A stretch of DNA of 62,048 nucleotides, the filler included, from Anaerolineae bacterium (GTDB taxonomy: Bacteria > Chloroflexota > Anaerolineae > Epilineales > Epilineaceae), in NCBI GenBank assembly GCA_029262755.1. It is 6 parts of 6 records of this genome, joined end to end, with 100 filler letters (N's around TTAATTAATTAA, not from the genome) between each part and the next. Parts side by side here need not be neighbours in the genome. Positions count along the whole stretch, not along the records: positions 36,560 to 46,364 come from JAJCYU010000299.1; positions 46,465 to 55,865 come from JAJCYU010000300.1; 4 more parts are not named here. One strand, 5' to 3'. The notes below the pieces were generated by a model that searched no databases, was not told the origin of the DNA, and worked only from the letters and a program-made list of their open reading frames with translations. The position numbers were made by a program, and so were the translations under genes. This document shows, in pieces, positions 40,425-49,228 of this stretch (its first letter is position 1; each line of letters starts with the position of its first letter).

Positions 40425-41624
40425 TCATCTCCAAGGATCCCCTCTCTTAGGGCACCAATACTTCCTAGTTGTCACAGAATACCCCCCTCCAACAAACCTC
40501 AGCTGCCTGCTTACCACCTTTCCTGATACATCGTAGAAATATGTCGTGCGACTATGCTCATGCCCCGCAGAGTGAATGATTCTCTCTGACAATCGTCCCC
40601 ATCGATCAATCTCCCACATCTCCCTATCATCCACTGTCCCATCCGCCAACTCGTCGCGAAGTGCTTCAATCAGAAAGCCTCTTTCGTCGTAGTTGTAGAA
40701 AAATTGCGCCTTCCTTCCATTGCTTCTGGTCTCATCGATTCGCACAATGCGTCCACCGCCCCACACATACTCCCACACCCTGTCGATCAGCGAATCGCCA
40801 TCCAAGTCAACTCGCTGTACCTGGATCTCTCTATCTTGGTACTCATACAACGTCTCAACTCCACCGACCTCAATCCCATCGTCTTCAATTCGGTGGGAAG
40901 CCGTTCGAACGAGCAATGGTCCCTGATACTGGTGCGTCATCTCCCAGTCCCATACTCCATCTCCATCTATATCCTTCCTGGACAAGACAACCTTGCCCTC
41001 TTTGTAGTGATATACATCTCGAAAATCGATCGCACCATCTCCATCACTATCGCCAGACGCTTCTGTCAGGTTACCATCGGCATCATAGTGGAGCTGCCCC
41101 GAGTAGTCGATAGTTCCATCTCCATTCGAATCCCCACCCTCCTCCACTTCGTGGGATCTCTCATCGTAGATCGTCCACCCGCTACGATCAATAGTTCCAT
41201 CGTCACCAGAATCGTAGGCCCATCGCATCAGGCAGTTCGCGAATACATCACCATATGGCGTAGGTCTCGGAACCTCAATGCCTGTTTTGCCTGGTTCCCG
41301 TGCAACTGGTGTTGCCGTTCGTGCGCGTTCATAGGGTGGTGCCATCGCTGTGTCTGCGAGCAGCACTCTTGGCTCGGTGTACCCCCCCAGCCGCGTAGGC
41401 GCGTAGGTTTGCTGGTCCAATATACGACGCACAGATTGGTCCACAGCCGCCACACTGGTGTGATCACTTGTAGCAAACACGATCAAGGCAGCGAGCATCC
41501 AACATACAATAGGTCTCATCCGTTGCATTCCGCTAGCTGGTGGAGCCGGTGGCACACACATACGTTCTTCACCATGCAGGATGTCCTTAGGAGATCCGAT
41601 CGAAGCGATCATGTCGGTTGACAT
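40425..41624 (-). CDS. Secreted YD/RHS-like beta-hairpin repeat protein with DxDGDG loops; atypical composition; start probably MRPIV (41519)
   Basis: Repeats of about 24 aa: DSGDDGTID, DSNGDGTID, DSDGDGAID, DIDGDGVWD, DLDGDSLID and DELADGTVD, alternating with YDADGNL, YDERGFL and YDVSGKV turns. Hydrophobic leader. DNA is visibly more AT-rich than the flanks. Confidence 0.75.
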   Translation of the reverse strand: MSTDMIASIGSPKDILHGEERMCVPPAPPASGMQRMRPIVCWMLAALIVFATSDHTSVAAVDQSVRRILDQQTYAPTRLGGYTEPRVLLADTAMAPPYERARTATPVAREPGKTGIEVPRPTPYGDVFANCLMRWAYDSGDDGTIDRSGWTIYDERSHEVEEGGDSNGDGTIDYSGQLHYDADGNLTEASGDSDGDGAIDFRDVYHYKEGKVVLSRKDIDGDGVWDWEMTHQYQGPLLVRTASHRIEDDGIEVGGVETLYEYQDREIQVQRVDLDGDSLIDRVWEYVWGGGRIVRIDETRSNGRKAQFFYNYDERGFLIEALRDELADGTVDDREMWEIDRWGRLSERIIHSAGHEHSRTTYFYDVSGKVVSRQLRFVGGGYSVTTRKYWCPKRGDPWR

Positions 41625-41739
41625 GACGCCGGACTGATCCGCAACTGTAGCGGAATTGCTATCGAGACCGATTGACAGGGGACTGAAGGCCCTGTGCTCA
41701 GTATCGACCTCCGTAGCTCCAGCAGCATGAGCTCCTTGC

Positions 41740-42211
41740 CTAGCAACCTGATCGAACCAGGTCTCCGATCAACACTTCGCTCGTGGTCCCCTGCGCCATT
41801 GCCTCAGCGATGGGCCGCGGACGGCTCGAGTCGCTGATGTCGAACAGGCGGATCCGATTGCCGGGCGACGGCGGCTCCACCCACGAAGGACCGTCCGCTA
41901 CCAACGCACGATCGCCGTCCACGTGCACGCGCAATGCGTAGCGATGGCCTTTTGTGAACGCACCGATCGGTGGACCGATCGGTGCGGCACGCGAGCTGGC
42001 ACCGAAGACGAACAAGCTGGCGAAACCCGCGGTGATCAGGAGCCGATCTGCTTCGACCGCCATGTCCGTCACCGCGTCCGCGAGGAGGGGCGAACGGTCC
42101 ACCCACCGAGGCTCAGCGCCCGGTAGGTCGACCCGCGCGATCCAAGCCGACGTAGAGCTACTCGCCGGATGGATGCATGGCGATCGCGTTGATCCGGGAG
42201 CCCCACGTCAT
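41740..42211 (-). pseudogene. Disrupted beta-propeller (LVIVD-like) gene remnant
   Basis: ATG at 42211 overlaps the upstream stop (ATGA). It reads MTWGSRINAIAMHPSGE*LYVGL, then shifts frame into IARVDLPGAEPRWVDRSPLLADAVTDMAVEADRLLITAG...IRLFDISDSSRPRPIA. Confidence 0.6.
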
Positions 42212-44505
42212 TCGGGTAGCTTCGCGGCTAGCGCGTAGGGAAGGTATACGGCTCCTCGCTCCGGCTCCGGGGTCCGTAGTTCCGCCAATGCGGTCGCCGT
42301 CGCAGCCCGCGGCGGCACGGTGGGGGTGCCTTGAGCGATGGGCGTCCGAGTGGGCGTACCCGTCGCCGGGGCGGCCGTCGGCACCGTGGGCGATGCCGCC
42401 GGGCCGGGTGGAGATGCCAACGCGTAGCGCTGCACGGCCCCGAGCACGTTCACCCACGCGACGCCATCCTGCACCACCAGATCCACCGGCGGGCCGCCCA
42501 AGTCGATGTGGGCAAGCTCCCGTGGATCTCCGACACCGCCGATGTCGAGGACCAACAGGCCACCGCCGGCCGATGCACCCGCTGAGGCTGCGGGCAGCGT
42601 GCCATACCCAACCCAAACTTGGTCGCCCGAGACGCCGGCCAACCGGGGGATGCCCTGCAGCTCGTATGCGGCCATCTCGACCGGTCGATCCGGGTCCCGC
42701 ACGTTCCAGTTTCGAACCCAGTTTCCGGAGGCGATCCACAGCGCGTCCTTGGCGCCCGCAAGGAGCGAGGCACCGGTCGGCGCGACCGGATGACGCGCCG
42801 ACGCGGCCGTTCCACGTTTCGGCCCCTCGATATCCCAGGCCTGGAGAGAGGCCGGAGCGCCGACGGCGGGGTCGTTGAACAATGTCCAAACTCGGGTGCC
42901 CAGCACCACCGCACCGCCGAACGTCTCCGTCGATGGCGCCATCTTGATCTTGAGGCGTTCGGCCTCCACGCCCGGTTCGCGGCCGCGAAGGAAGAGGACG
43001 TGATGTCCGCTCCGACTCGACTGCTGAACGCGATAGAGCACCGTCTCTGGCAACGCCGCCACCATGTGAATGCCAAGGAAGTTGAATCCATCCGCGGCTT
43101 CGTGCCGAGCCGTTTGCGTCAGCCGGCCCGATGCGTCGACGTGGAAGTCCTCGATCTCCCACTCTCCGGCGACGTGGATGCGCGACGCCTCCGCGGCGAT
43201 CGTATGGGGAGGATTGCCTTTCATATTGCCTACGGCGGTCTTGCGCAATTGCAGCGGCGAGCGCGTCTCTTCCGAATGCAATTCGTAGATTGATCGAAGA
43301 CCCCTGGTGTGACCTCCGATTGCCCAGACGCCCCGTGGTCCGGGCTCCAGCTCGTACAGGTAGGCGCTCTCCAGCGATGGTCCGGCGGCGGCCGCTCCGT
43401 CGGCGCCGAGCCAGCCGCTGACCTCGGCGCCGACGAAGAGGCGCTCCGCGTCGGCGGCCACCACCTGGCGAAGGTCTCGGTACACGGTTTGGTAGGGGCC
43501 GCGGACTCGCCACGCCGGTATGTCGGACACCTGGCGCCAATCGGAGCGTCCCTCACCGATCCAAAGGGTCTCCCCGCCGATGACCAGATCGGTGATCGAT
43601 GACCCCGGGCTTGACCACCGCCGCGCTTGTGGCAGCTGCGCGGCCGTCCCATCGAAGACGAGCACATCGTTGGAGCTATTGCGCCGCGTCACCAACCAGT
43701 CCCCGACGGCCACGACTTCGGACTCGCAACACGCCAGTGTGCGCTCGGCGACGATTTCGGGCTCAGCACCTGCCCGAAGCTGCACGACGGTCAATTCGTT
43801 CTCACGCGGCGGCGACACTGGATTGCTGGTGCGCTGGAGTAGGGCCACGCGCTCGTCCGCCATCACGGCTGCATCCACCACCACATTGGGCGCCCCGTTG
43901 GGCGCGATGGGATGGGGCGACCAATGCCCCAGCTCTCGCGGCGCGGTCGGATCCGCGATATCGATACGAAGCACCCCGTTAATGCCGCGGAGCACCCAAG
44001 CCTCGTCGCCTACCAGCAACACCCGGCCGCCATGCAGCGGGCGCAGCGGCAGCCTCCCGAGTACATGGATGTCCGACGGGTCACGCACGTCGATGATCCG
44101 CAGGGAGCTACCGGTGGTCACGACCAGACCGTCGCGCGCCGCGAGCCCGTCGATCCGCTCGCCCAGAGGCTCCGACAGGGCCAACAGCTGCCGGTCGGGC
44201 GCGGCCTCCGGGTCGATGATCGCGAGGCGCGAGTGCTGGGCGACGTAGAAGCGGCCAGCGTCGGCGGCTACGGCGGAGGGCACGCTGCCGGCCTCGCCGG
44301 TGATCTCCAATTCGAGCGGCCACGTCTGTGCCGGGGCGACCGCGGTCGCATGCCGGGGCGTGGGCGTGGAGAGGAGCGCCGCGGTGCAGAGTATCGTGAG
44401 GAGCGTGACCGCGCGGGCGGTCGCCGCACGGCGAGGAGCGGTGTGCGGCGTGAGGGCCGGGGGGCGGCGATCGCGGCGAGTTTGCGGTGTGGAGTGTTGT
44501 TGCAT
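42208..44505 (-). CDS. Secreted LVIVD-like beta-propeller protein with PT linker and C-terminal VYLP motif
   Basis: Signal peptide. Blades LRIIDVRDPSDIHVLG, LRIDIADPTAPRELG and LLVLDIGGVGDPRELA. Collinear with 37102-39279. Ends AVYLPYALAAKLPE. Confidence 0.82.
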   Translation of the reverse strand: MQQHSTPQTRRDRRPPALTPHTAPRRAATARAVTLLTILCTAALLSTPTPRHATAVAPAQTWPLELEITGEAGSVPSAVAADAGRFYVAQHSRLAIIDPEAAPDRQLLALSEPLGERIDGLAARDGLVVTTGSSLRIIDVRDPSDIHVLGRLPLRPLHGGRVLLVGDEAWVLRGINGVLRIDIADPTAPRELGHWSPHPIAPNGAPNVVVDAAVMADERVALLQRTSNPVSPPRENELTVVQLRAGAEPEIVAERTLACCESEVVAVGDWLVTRRNSSNDVLVFDGTAAQLPQARRWSSPGSSITDLVIGGETLWIGEGRSDWRQVSDIPAWRVRGPYQTVYRDLRQVVAADAERLFVGAEVSGWLGADGAAAAGPSLESAYLYELEPGPRGVWAIGGHTRGLRSIYELHSEETRSPLQLRKTAVGNMKGNPPHTIAAEASRIHVAGEWEIEDFHVDASGRLTQTARHEAADGFNFLGIHMVAALPETVLYRVQQSSRSGHHVLFLRGREPGVEAERLKIKMAPSTETFGGAVVLGTRVWTLFNDPAVGAPASLQAWDIEGPKRGTAASARHPVAPTGASLLAGAKDALWIASGNWVRNWNVRDPDRPVEMAAYELQGIPRLAGVSGDQVWVGYGTLPAASAGASAGGGLLVLDIGGVGDPRELAHIDLGGPPVDLVVQDGVAWVNVLGAVQRYALASPPGPAASPTVPTAAPATGTPTRTPIAQGTPTVPPRAATATALAELRTPEPERGAVYLPYALAAKLPE

Positions 44506-44667
44506 TGCACGATCTCCCCATGCGTCACGGCAGTTGCAGTCGGGATGCGTACTTTGAGATGCGCATCACGCTGGTTAGTTGGACGTGGCGCGGCTCACGC
44601 GAGGGACGGGTTCATCGCTCTCCGGGGTGCCTCCCTCGCGATCCCGCACAGCTGTTTTAACGCGACC

Positions 44668-44931
44668 TTAGGCCGATCCATCTGGGTCGACCGTGCCGAA
44701 CATGCGCGCGATGGTCGCGTCAAAGGCGGCGGATTCCTCGATGCTCCACGAGCCGATGAACGCGTCGAGGGCGTGGCCGATTCGTGGACGATCGTTGCCT
44801 TCTTGCAATCCGGCGCCGCGGCGCATGAGGCGCAGCGCCGCTCGATTCAAGGAGATGCCTTCGTGCTCTGCGAGGGATCGTAGGGCGCGTTCAAGTTGGG
44901 GATCGATTCCCCGTATGGTCAGCGATTTCAA
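44668..44931 (-). CDS. FitA-like ribbon-helix-helix antitoxin (87 aa)
   Basis: TTG start after AAGGAG. MKSLTIRGIDPQLERALRSLAEHEGISLN is an RHH pattern. LDAFIGSWSIEESAAFD is a typical VapB-like tail. Confidence 0.75.
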   Translation of the reverse strand: MKSLTIRGIDPQLERALRSLAEHEGISLNRAALRLMRRGAGLQEGNDRPRIGHALDAFIGSWSIEESAAFDATIARMFGTVDPDGSA

Positions 44932-45097
44932 GGCGACACTCCTTGCCACGAGTGGTTCCAGTAACGATAAAGGCCACCGTAACGCGTAGCTGGATGGTTC
45001 GCTAGCATCGAATCCCCACCCGAATCCCCATGCGATCCGGTATACTTCGCGCTCCAACGCGGCCCGGCGTACACCGGAGCACCGCAGGAGGACGACC

Positions 45098-46364
45098 ATG
45101 CACACGACCCATGCCGGCCGCCCGGCCGATGGCGTCGCCGGCCAACCGGCCCCCGCCACCGCCACCGCCTCGGACCCCGACGCGGTCCACCGCGACGCGG
45201 CCCACCCCAACGACGCGGTCATCGCCGCCGATCCGCTCGTCCCGCCTTCCGCCGGCCCCGTGGACCGCGATGCGGTCACGGCGGCGGCCGATGCGCCCGA
45301 CCATCCGCTGCGGCGTGCGCTGCGCGATCGGATCCTGGTTTTCGACGGCGCGATGGGCACGCTCATCCAGCGCTACGGGCTGAATGAGGCGGACTTCCGC
45401 GGCGAAGAGCTGGCCGAGCACGATCAGCCTCTGCAGGGTGATAACGACCTGCTTTCGCTGACCCAGCCCGGCGTGATCCGCGAGATCTATGACGCCTACC
45501 TGGACGCGGGCGCAGACCTGCTGACCACCAACACCTTCAACGCCACGTCCGTATCGCAGGCCGACTATGGCACAGGGCACCTGGCCCGCGCGATGAACCG
45601 TGCGGCGGCGCGGCTGGCGCGCGAGGCGGTCGATGCCTGCGTGGCGGCGGATCCGTCGCGGCCGCGCTTCGTGATCGGCTCGCTGGGGCCGACCAATCAG
45701 ACGGCTTCGCTGTCGCCCGATGTCAACGATCCCGGCTATCGGGCGATCACCTTCGATCAGTTGGCCGACAGCTACGCCGAGGCGACGCGCGGGCTGCTGG
45801 AGGGCGGATCGGACGTCATCTTGATCGAAACGAGCTTCGACACGCTCAACATGAAGGCCGCCATCTTCGGTGTGCAGGGCGTCTACGAGGAGCTGGGACG
45901 GCGCGTGCCGCTCATGCTGTCGGTGACCATCACGGACCGCTCAGGGCGGACGCTTTCGGGGCAGACGATCGAGGCGGCGTGGCACAGCATTCAGCACGCG
46001 GAGCCGGTGTGTGTCGGCATCAACTGCGCGCTCGGCGCGGAGGATATGCGGCCCTACGTGGCCAGCCTCGCCAAGATCGCGGACACCTTTACCCATTGCT
46101 ACCCCAACGCCGGACTGCCCAATGCCTTCGGCGAATACGACGACACGCCGGAGCAGATGGCCGAGGTGCTGGGCGACTTCGCGCGCCAAGGGTGGCTCAA
46201 CGTGGTCGGCGGCTGCTGCGGCACGGGGCCGGAGCACATCGAGGCGATCCGAGAGGCCGTCGATGGGCTGCCGACGCGCGACGTGCCCGACGTGGAGCCG
46301 TCGCTGCGCTTGTCCGGCCTCGAGCCCTACGTGGTCGACGAGGCCAGCGGCTTCGCGATCGTCG
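45098..46364 (+). CDS. metH: Cobalamin-dependent methionine synthase, homocysteine-binding domain, 3'-truncated
   Basis: [68 protein letters not shown] and [17 protein letters not shown]. Confidence 0.95.
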
Positions 46365-46464
46365 NNNNNNNNNNNNNNNNNNNNNNNNNNNNNNNNNNNN
46401 NNNNNNNNTTAATTAATTAANNNNNNNNNNNNNNNNNNNNNNNNNNNNNNNNNNNNNNNNNNNN
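46365..46464. other. Artificial contig linker
   Basis: N-run, TTAATTAATTAA, N-run. Confidence 0.99.
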
Positions 46465-46620
46465 TCAGGTGCTTGTCGAGGCCTGGAGAATCGAGTACAA
46501 CACCTACCGACCCCATTCGGCACGAAGCGGTCTTACACCGTCAGAGTTTTACGCCCAGTGGACCACCGACCACCAGCCGGCACTCTCGCAATGAGTGGAC
46601 CACAATCTGGAATCCCCTCA
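46465..46620 (+). mobile_element. Right end of an IS3-family element (transposase C-terminus and probable IRR)
   Basis: 46466-46594 reads QVLVEAWRIEYNTYRPHSARSGLTPSEF...PALSQ*, matching the W...YN..RPHS.L...TP integrase-core end. It is followed by GTGGACCACAATCTGGAATCCCCTCA, which ends in CA. Confidence 0.8.
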
Positions 46621-46670
46621 TCGGCTCCGTTGAAATCCTTGCCAGTCGGCGTGACCACTCGGAACGGGGC

Positions 46671-47912
46671 TCAGGCCCCTAGATCGGCGTAGTCGCCCCT
46701 CTTTACGCCTAGCGAACGAGCGAAGGATCCGATTGCTGCTCTCAGCGTCCTTAGTGGATTTCCTGCCGCCAACGCCAAGAGTCGGTAGCCTGAATAGCGC
46801 GGAATCGATTTGCCGGCGAGGAGGCGTCCAATCAATCGCCCGGCTAAGGTTCGAATTCGATCAACCTGTAAGGGCTGCATCGCTAAAACGTCGTCTAGGT
46901 TGATGTCACTGAGGTGGATCAGCCCATGCTCTGATGCTGAATTGATTAAGTCGAGCCCCCTTCTTGTTCGTGCGATAAGAACCGAGACCCCGTCCGCGTC
47001 CGTGAAGCTCGGGTACCCGTCTGCGTCAGCATTCCAAAAGTCCCCGACTGAAAGGTCCCCGTGCCTTCCGACCCCGTCAACGCATAGTTTGCATCTTGTC
47101 TGAAGGTGTCGGCCGAGGTGAGAGCCCCAGGAATCTTCGTATGAAACGGAATGTCGAGAGCCGGACCTGGTCTTCAAGGCGAATCTCCCTGGCCAACCGT
47201 TCCCCCTATATCGGAGACCCACCACATCTCGAATCTGGATGCCCATCTGTGCGACCAGGCTTTCCGTCGCGTGTTGACTGGGGGTGCCGGCACAAAAAAA
47301 AGTCATCAGCAGCGGCCTTGCTTCGTCAGGAAGTTCCCTGGCCTCAAATAGCTGATATGCAGCACTAGCCTCGCAAGGTTTGCCAACTAGCGCATTGGCG
47401 GCGGCGTCCAAGCGCAGTTCCGGGAGGTTGCACACCGGTGCGTATCGTGATCCCGCCGCACCGAGTGCTTCGGCCTTCGAAACGATGCGGACTGGCGTGG
47501 TCTCCGTTGGTAGCGATTTGTTGCTACTGCTTCCAATGACCGCCCGAGTCTGACCGCTTTCAACTAGCCAAATCGAAAGAGCGGTGAGCACCCCACCGCT
47601 ACTGCCTGAGTGTCGAACCTCCGGGTCAATCGCCCATGCTGTCCATGCGCCCAGATAGTCTCCGAATATCGGGTGGGCCACTGAGGGGGCGTTGTGCGGA
47701 ACTCTAAGTTTCCAGCCGGGGCAAGTCTTCTTGAAAAGCCTCGCCTCTGGTCCGTCTGTACCTGCCGTACTCACTGGACCAATACTGGGTCGTAGGAAGC
47801 CGTTGCGATCGAACTCCATTCTCACTCGATTCGACACCAATGCGCACCCACCACACCCAGCGCAGTTTCCGTTTCCTACCACATGCTTTATGGCGTTCTC
47901 AAGCCGAGTAAT
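46671..47912 (-). CDS. Coenzyme F420 hydrogenase/dehydrogenase beta-subunit-like (FrhB family) Fe-S protein; start uncertain
   Basis: CAGCGGC, SSGGVLTAL, GSRY, VGKPCE, FFCAGTPS, YRGNGWPG, RCKLCVD and DLSVGDFW. Confidence 0.88.
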   Translation of the reverse strand: MTRLENAIKHVVGNGNCAGCGGCALVSNRVRMEFDRNGFLRPSIGPVSTAGTDGPEARLFKKTCPGWKLRVPHNAPSVAHPIFGDYLGAWTAWAIDPEVRHSGSSGGVLTALSIWLVESGQTRAVIGSSSNKSLPTETTPVRIVSKAEALGAAGSRYAPVCNLPELRLDAAANALVGKPCEASAAYQLFEARELPDEARPLLMTFFCAGTPSQHATESLVAQMGIQIRDVVGLRYRGNGWPGRFALKTRSGSRHSVSYEDSWGSHLGRHLQTRCKLCVDGVGRHGDLSVGDFWNADADGYPSFTDADGVSVLIARTRRGLDLINSASEHGLIHLSDINLDDVLAMQPLQVDRIRTLAGRLIGRLLAGKSIPRYSGYRLLALAAGNPLRTLRAAIGSFARSLGVKRGDYADLGA

Positions 47913-49125
47913 TGATCCTCCCCCGATCCAATGACCGCATGATATTGATTGTGGCCACGAAGCGCTTGGAGGTTGTGGCCAAGGTAGCTTCAAGTTCCTC
48001 TCGCCCTGAGGAAGTAATGCTGTCTACGAGTTTGAGTGTTTCGGCACACGGGTCCGTTGCGGTATTAAAGTCAAGCCCATAATTCCAACCTAGGTTCTGA
48101 ATCATCGTGAACTTGCGTGAGTAGGCCCACGAAATCGCCGGGGTGCCGGATGAGAGAGCATTGAGAGACGCGTGCATCCGCGCTGCGATGACCAGCGCAC
48201 CGGAGCCAAGAATGCCGCGGACTTCATTTAGGCTCTTTGGAAGGAGAATTTCGTGGTCTCCGCCGAGTTGTTCAGCAAATTCGAGAACTGCGCTTGTGTC
48301 CTCCCCGATTACGTGGGCTAGAAGGCTTACTGACCGGCCTCGATCCTCGAGAAGATGGACCAGCCGCGCGACCTGGTCACGGTATCTTTGGGAGCACGCT
48401 TGGCTGTCGGACGACCAGAGTAGACCCGAAACGTTTAGGATCACGTCGCGGGTCTGGAAGCGAAACTCCCGCTCGAGTAAGAAAACAACATCAGTCGCCA
48501 ACGAGTCCGCTGATCGACCTAGTCTCTCAGCGCACGCCCCACTCGCGCTGTCGCGAACGTGAACTTGGCTTGCAATATTGAGAACATATGGTGCGACGCG
48601 TCTTCCTACACTGGTTCGGAATGGTCCTATTGTCTGCGGTCCCATTACCACTGGGATTCTTAGCTGGGACGCAATTCGGGCGGTATAGGCCATGACTAGG
48701 AATCTGGTCAGCCCATAGATGTCCGTAAAGCTGTCTCCGGCACCCGAGTCGAGAACGACGTCATAGGATCGCAGTTTCTCCTTGATGGGTCCATTTCGCC
48801 GGCCGACGTCCCTAAGGATTGACCGAATCCAGAAGGAGCGGTCGGAATCACCGGCCGCGAAGTTCTGGAACTCGATCACTGTGTCTCTGCCCCAGGCTTT
48901 CCGCGCCAAGGCCGCCATCCCCTCTGCCAACGCTCGGACCCCTAAATTAGCCGAATGGTTATCGGCCCAAAGGATCAGCACGCGCCGTTGAGTACTCCAA
49001 CTCGCATGCTGCTGCCCCGCTGTTGTTTGGGTGTAAGTTGAACCGGACTGGCCTAGACGCCGCTCCAGCTTTCCGGCGCTTGGCGTTGCGATGGGGACTT
49101 GCCTACGAATTGCCAAAGTGTCCAA
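47899..49125 (-). CDS. Polysaccharide pyruvyl transferase family protein; true start probably near 48985
   Basis: NLGVRAL, GAGDSFTDIYG, PQTIGPF, VRD, TDVVF, AARMHA and AYSRK. Confidence 0.88.
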   Translation of the reverse strand: MDTLAIRRQVPIATPSAGKLERRLGQSGSTYTQTTAGQQHASWSTQRRVLILWADNHSANLGVRALAEGMAALARKAWGRDTVIEFQNFAAGDSDRSFWIRSILRDVGRRNGPIKEKLRSYDVVLDSGAGDSFTDIYGLTRFLVMAYTARIASQLRIPVVMGPQTIGPFRTSVGRRVAPYVLNIASQVHVRDSASGACAERLGRSADSLATDVVFLLEREFRFQTRDVILNVSGLLWSSDSQACSQRYRDQVARLVHLLEDRGRSVSLLAHVIGEDTSAVLEFAEQLGGDHEILLPKSLNEVRGILGSGALVIAARMHASLNALSSGTPAISWAYSRKFTMIQNLGWNYGLDFNTATDPCAETLKLVDSITSSGREELEATLATTSKRFVATINIMRSLDRGRINYSA

Positions 49126-49228
49126 CCATCTCGGGACGATGCCTATCCGTATGGTAGCTTCTGTCTGACCACTAGCCTAAGAGGCGCCGCGTGCCTCCCG
49201 GTATTAGCGAAAGGCCAGCGACTCCTAT

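Noticed and set aside
40425..41624. RHS polymorphic toxin
   Set aside because: Too short, with no RHS core terminus, toxin tip or immunity gene.
42155..42165. Amber read-through (pyrrolysine) at the in-frame TAG
   Set aside because: A frameshift and truncation follow within a few codons and no pyl genes are seen, so a pseudogene is simpler.
44940..45097. SAM or cobalamin riboswitch upstream of metH
   Set aside because: No recognisable aptamer core; a TATACT -10 near 45041 would leave only a short leader.
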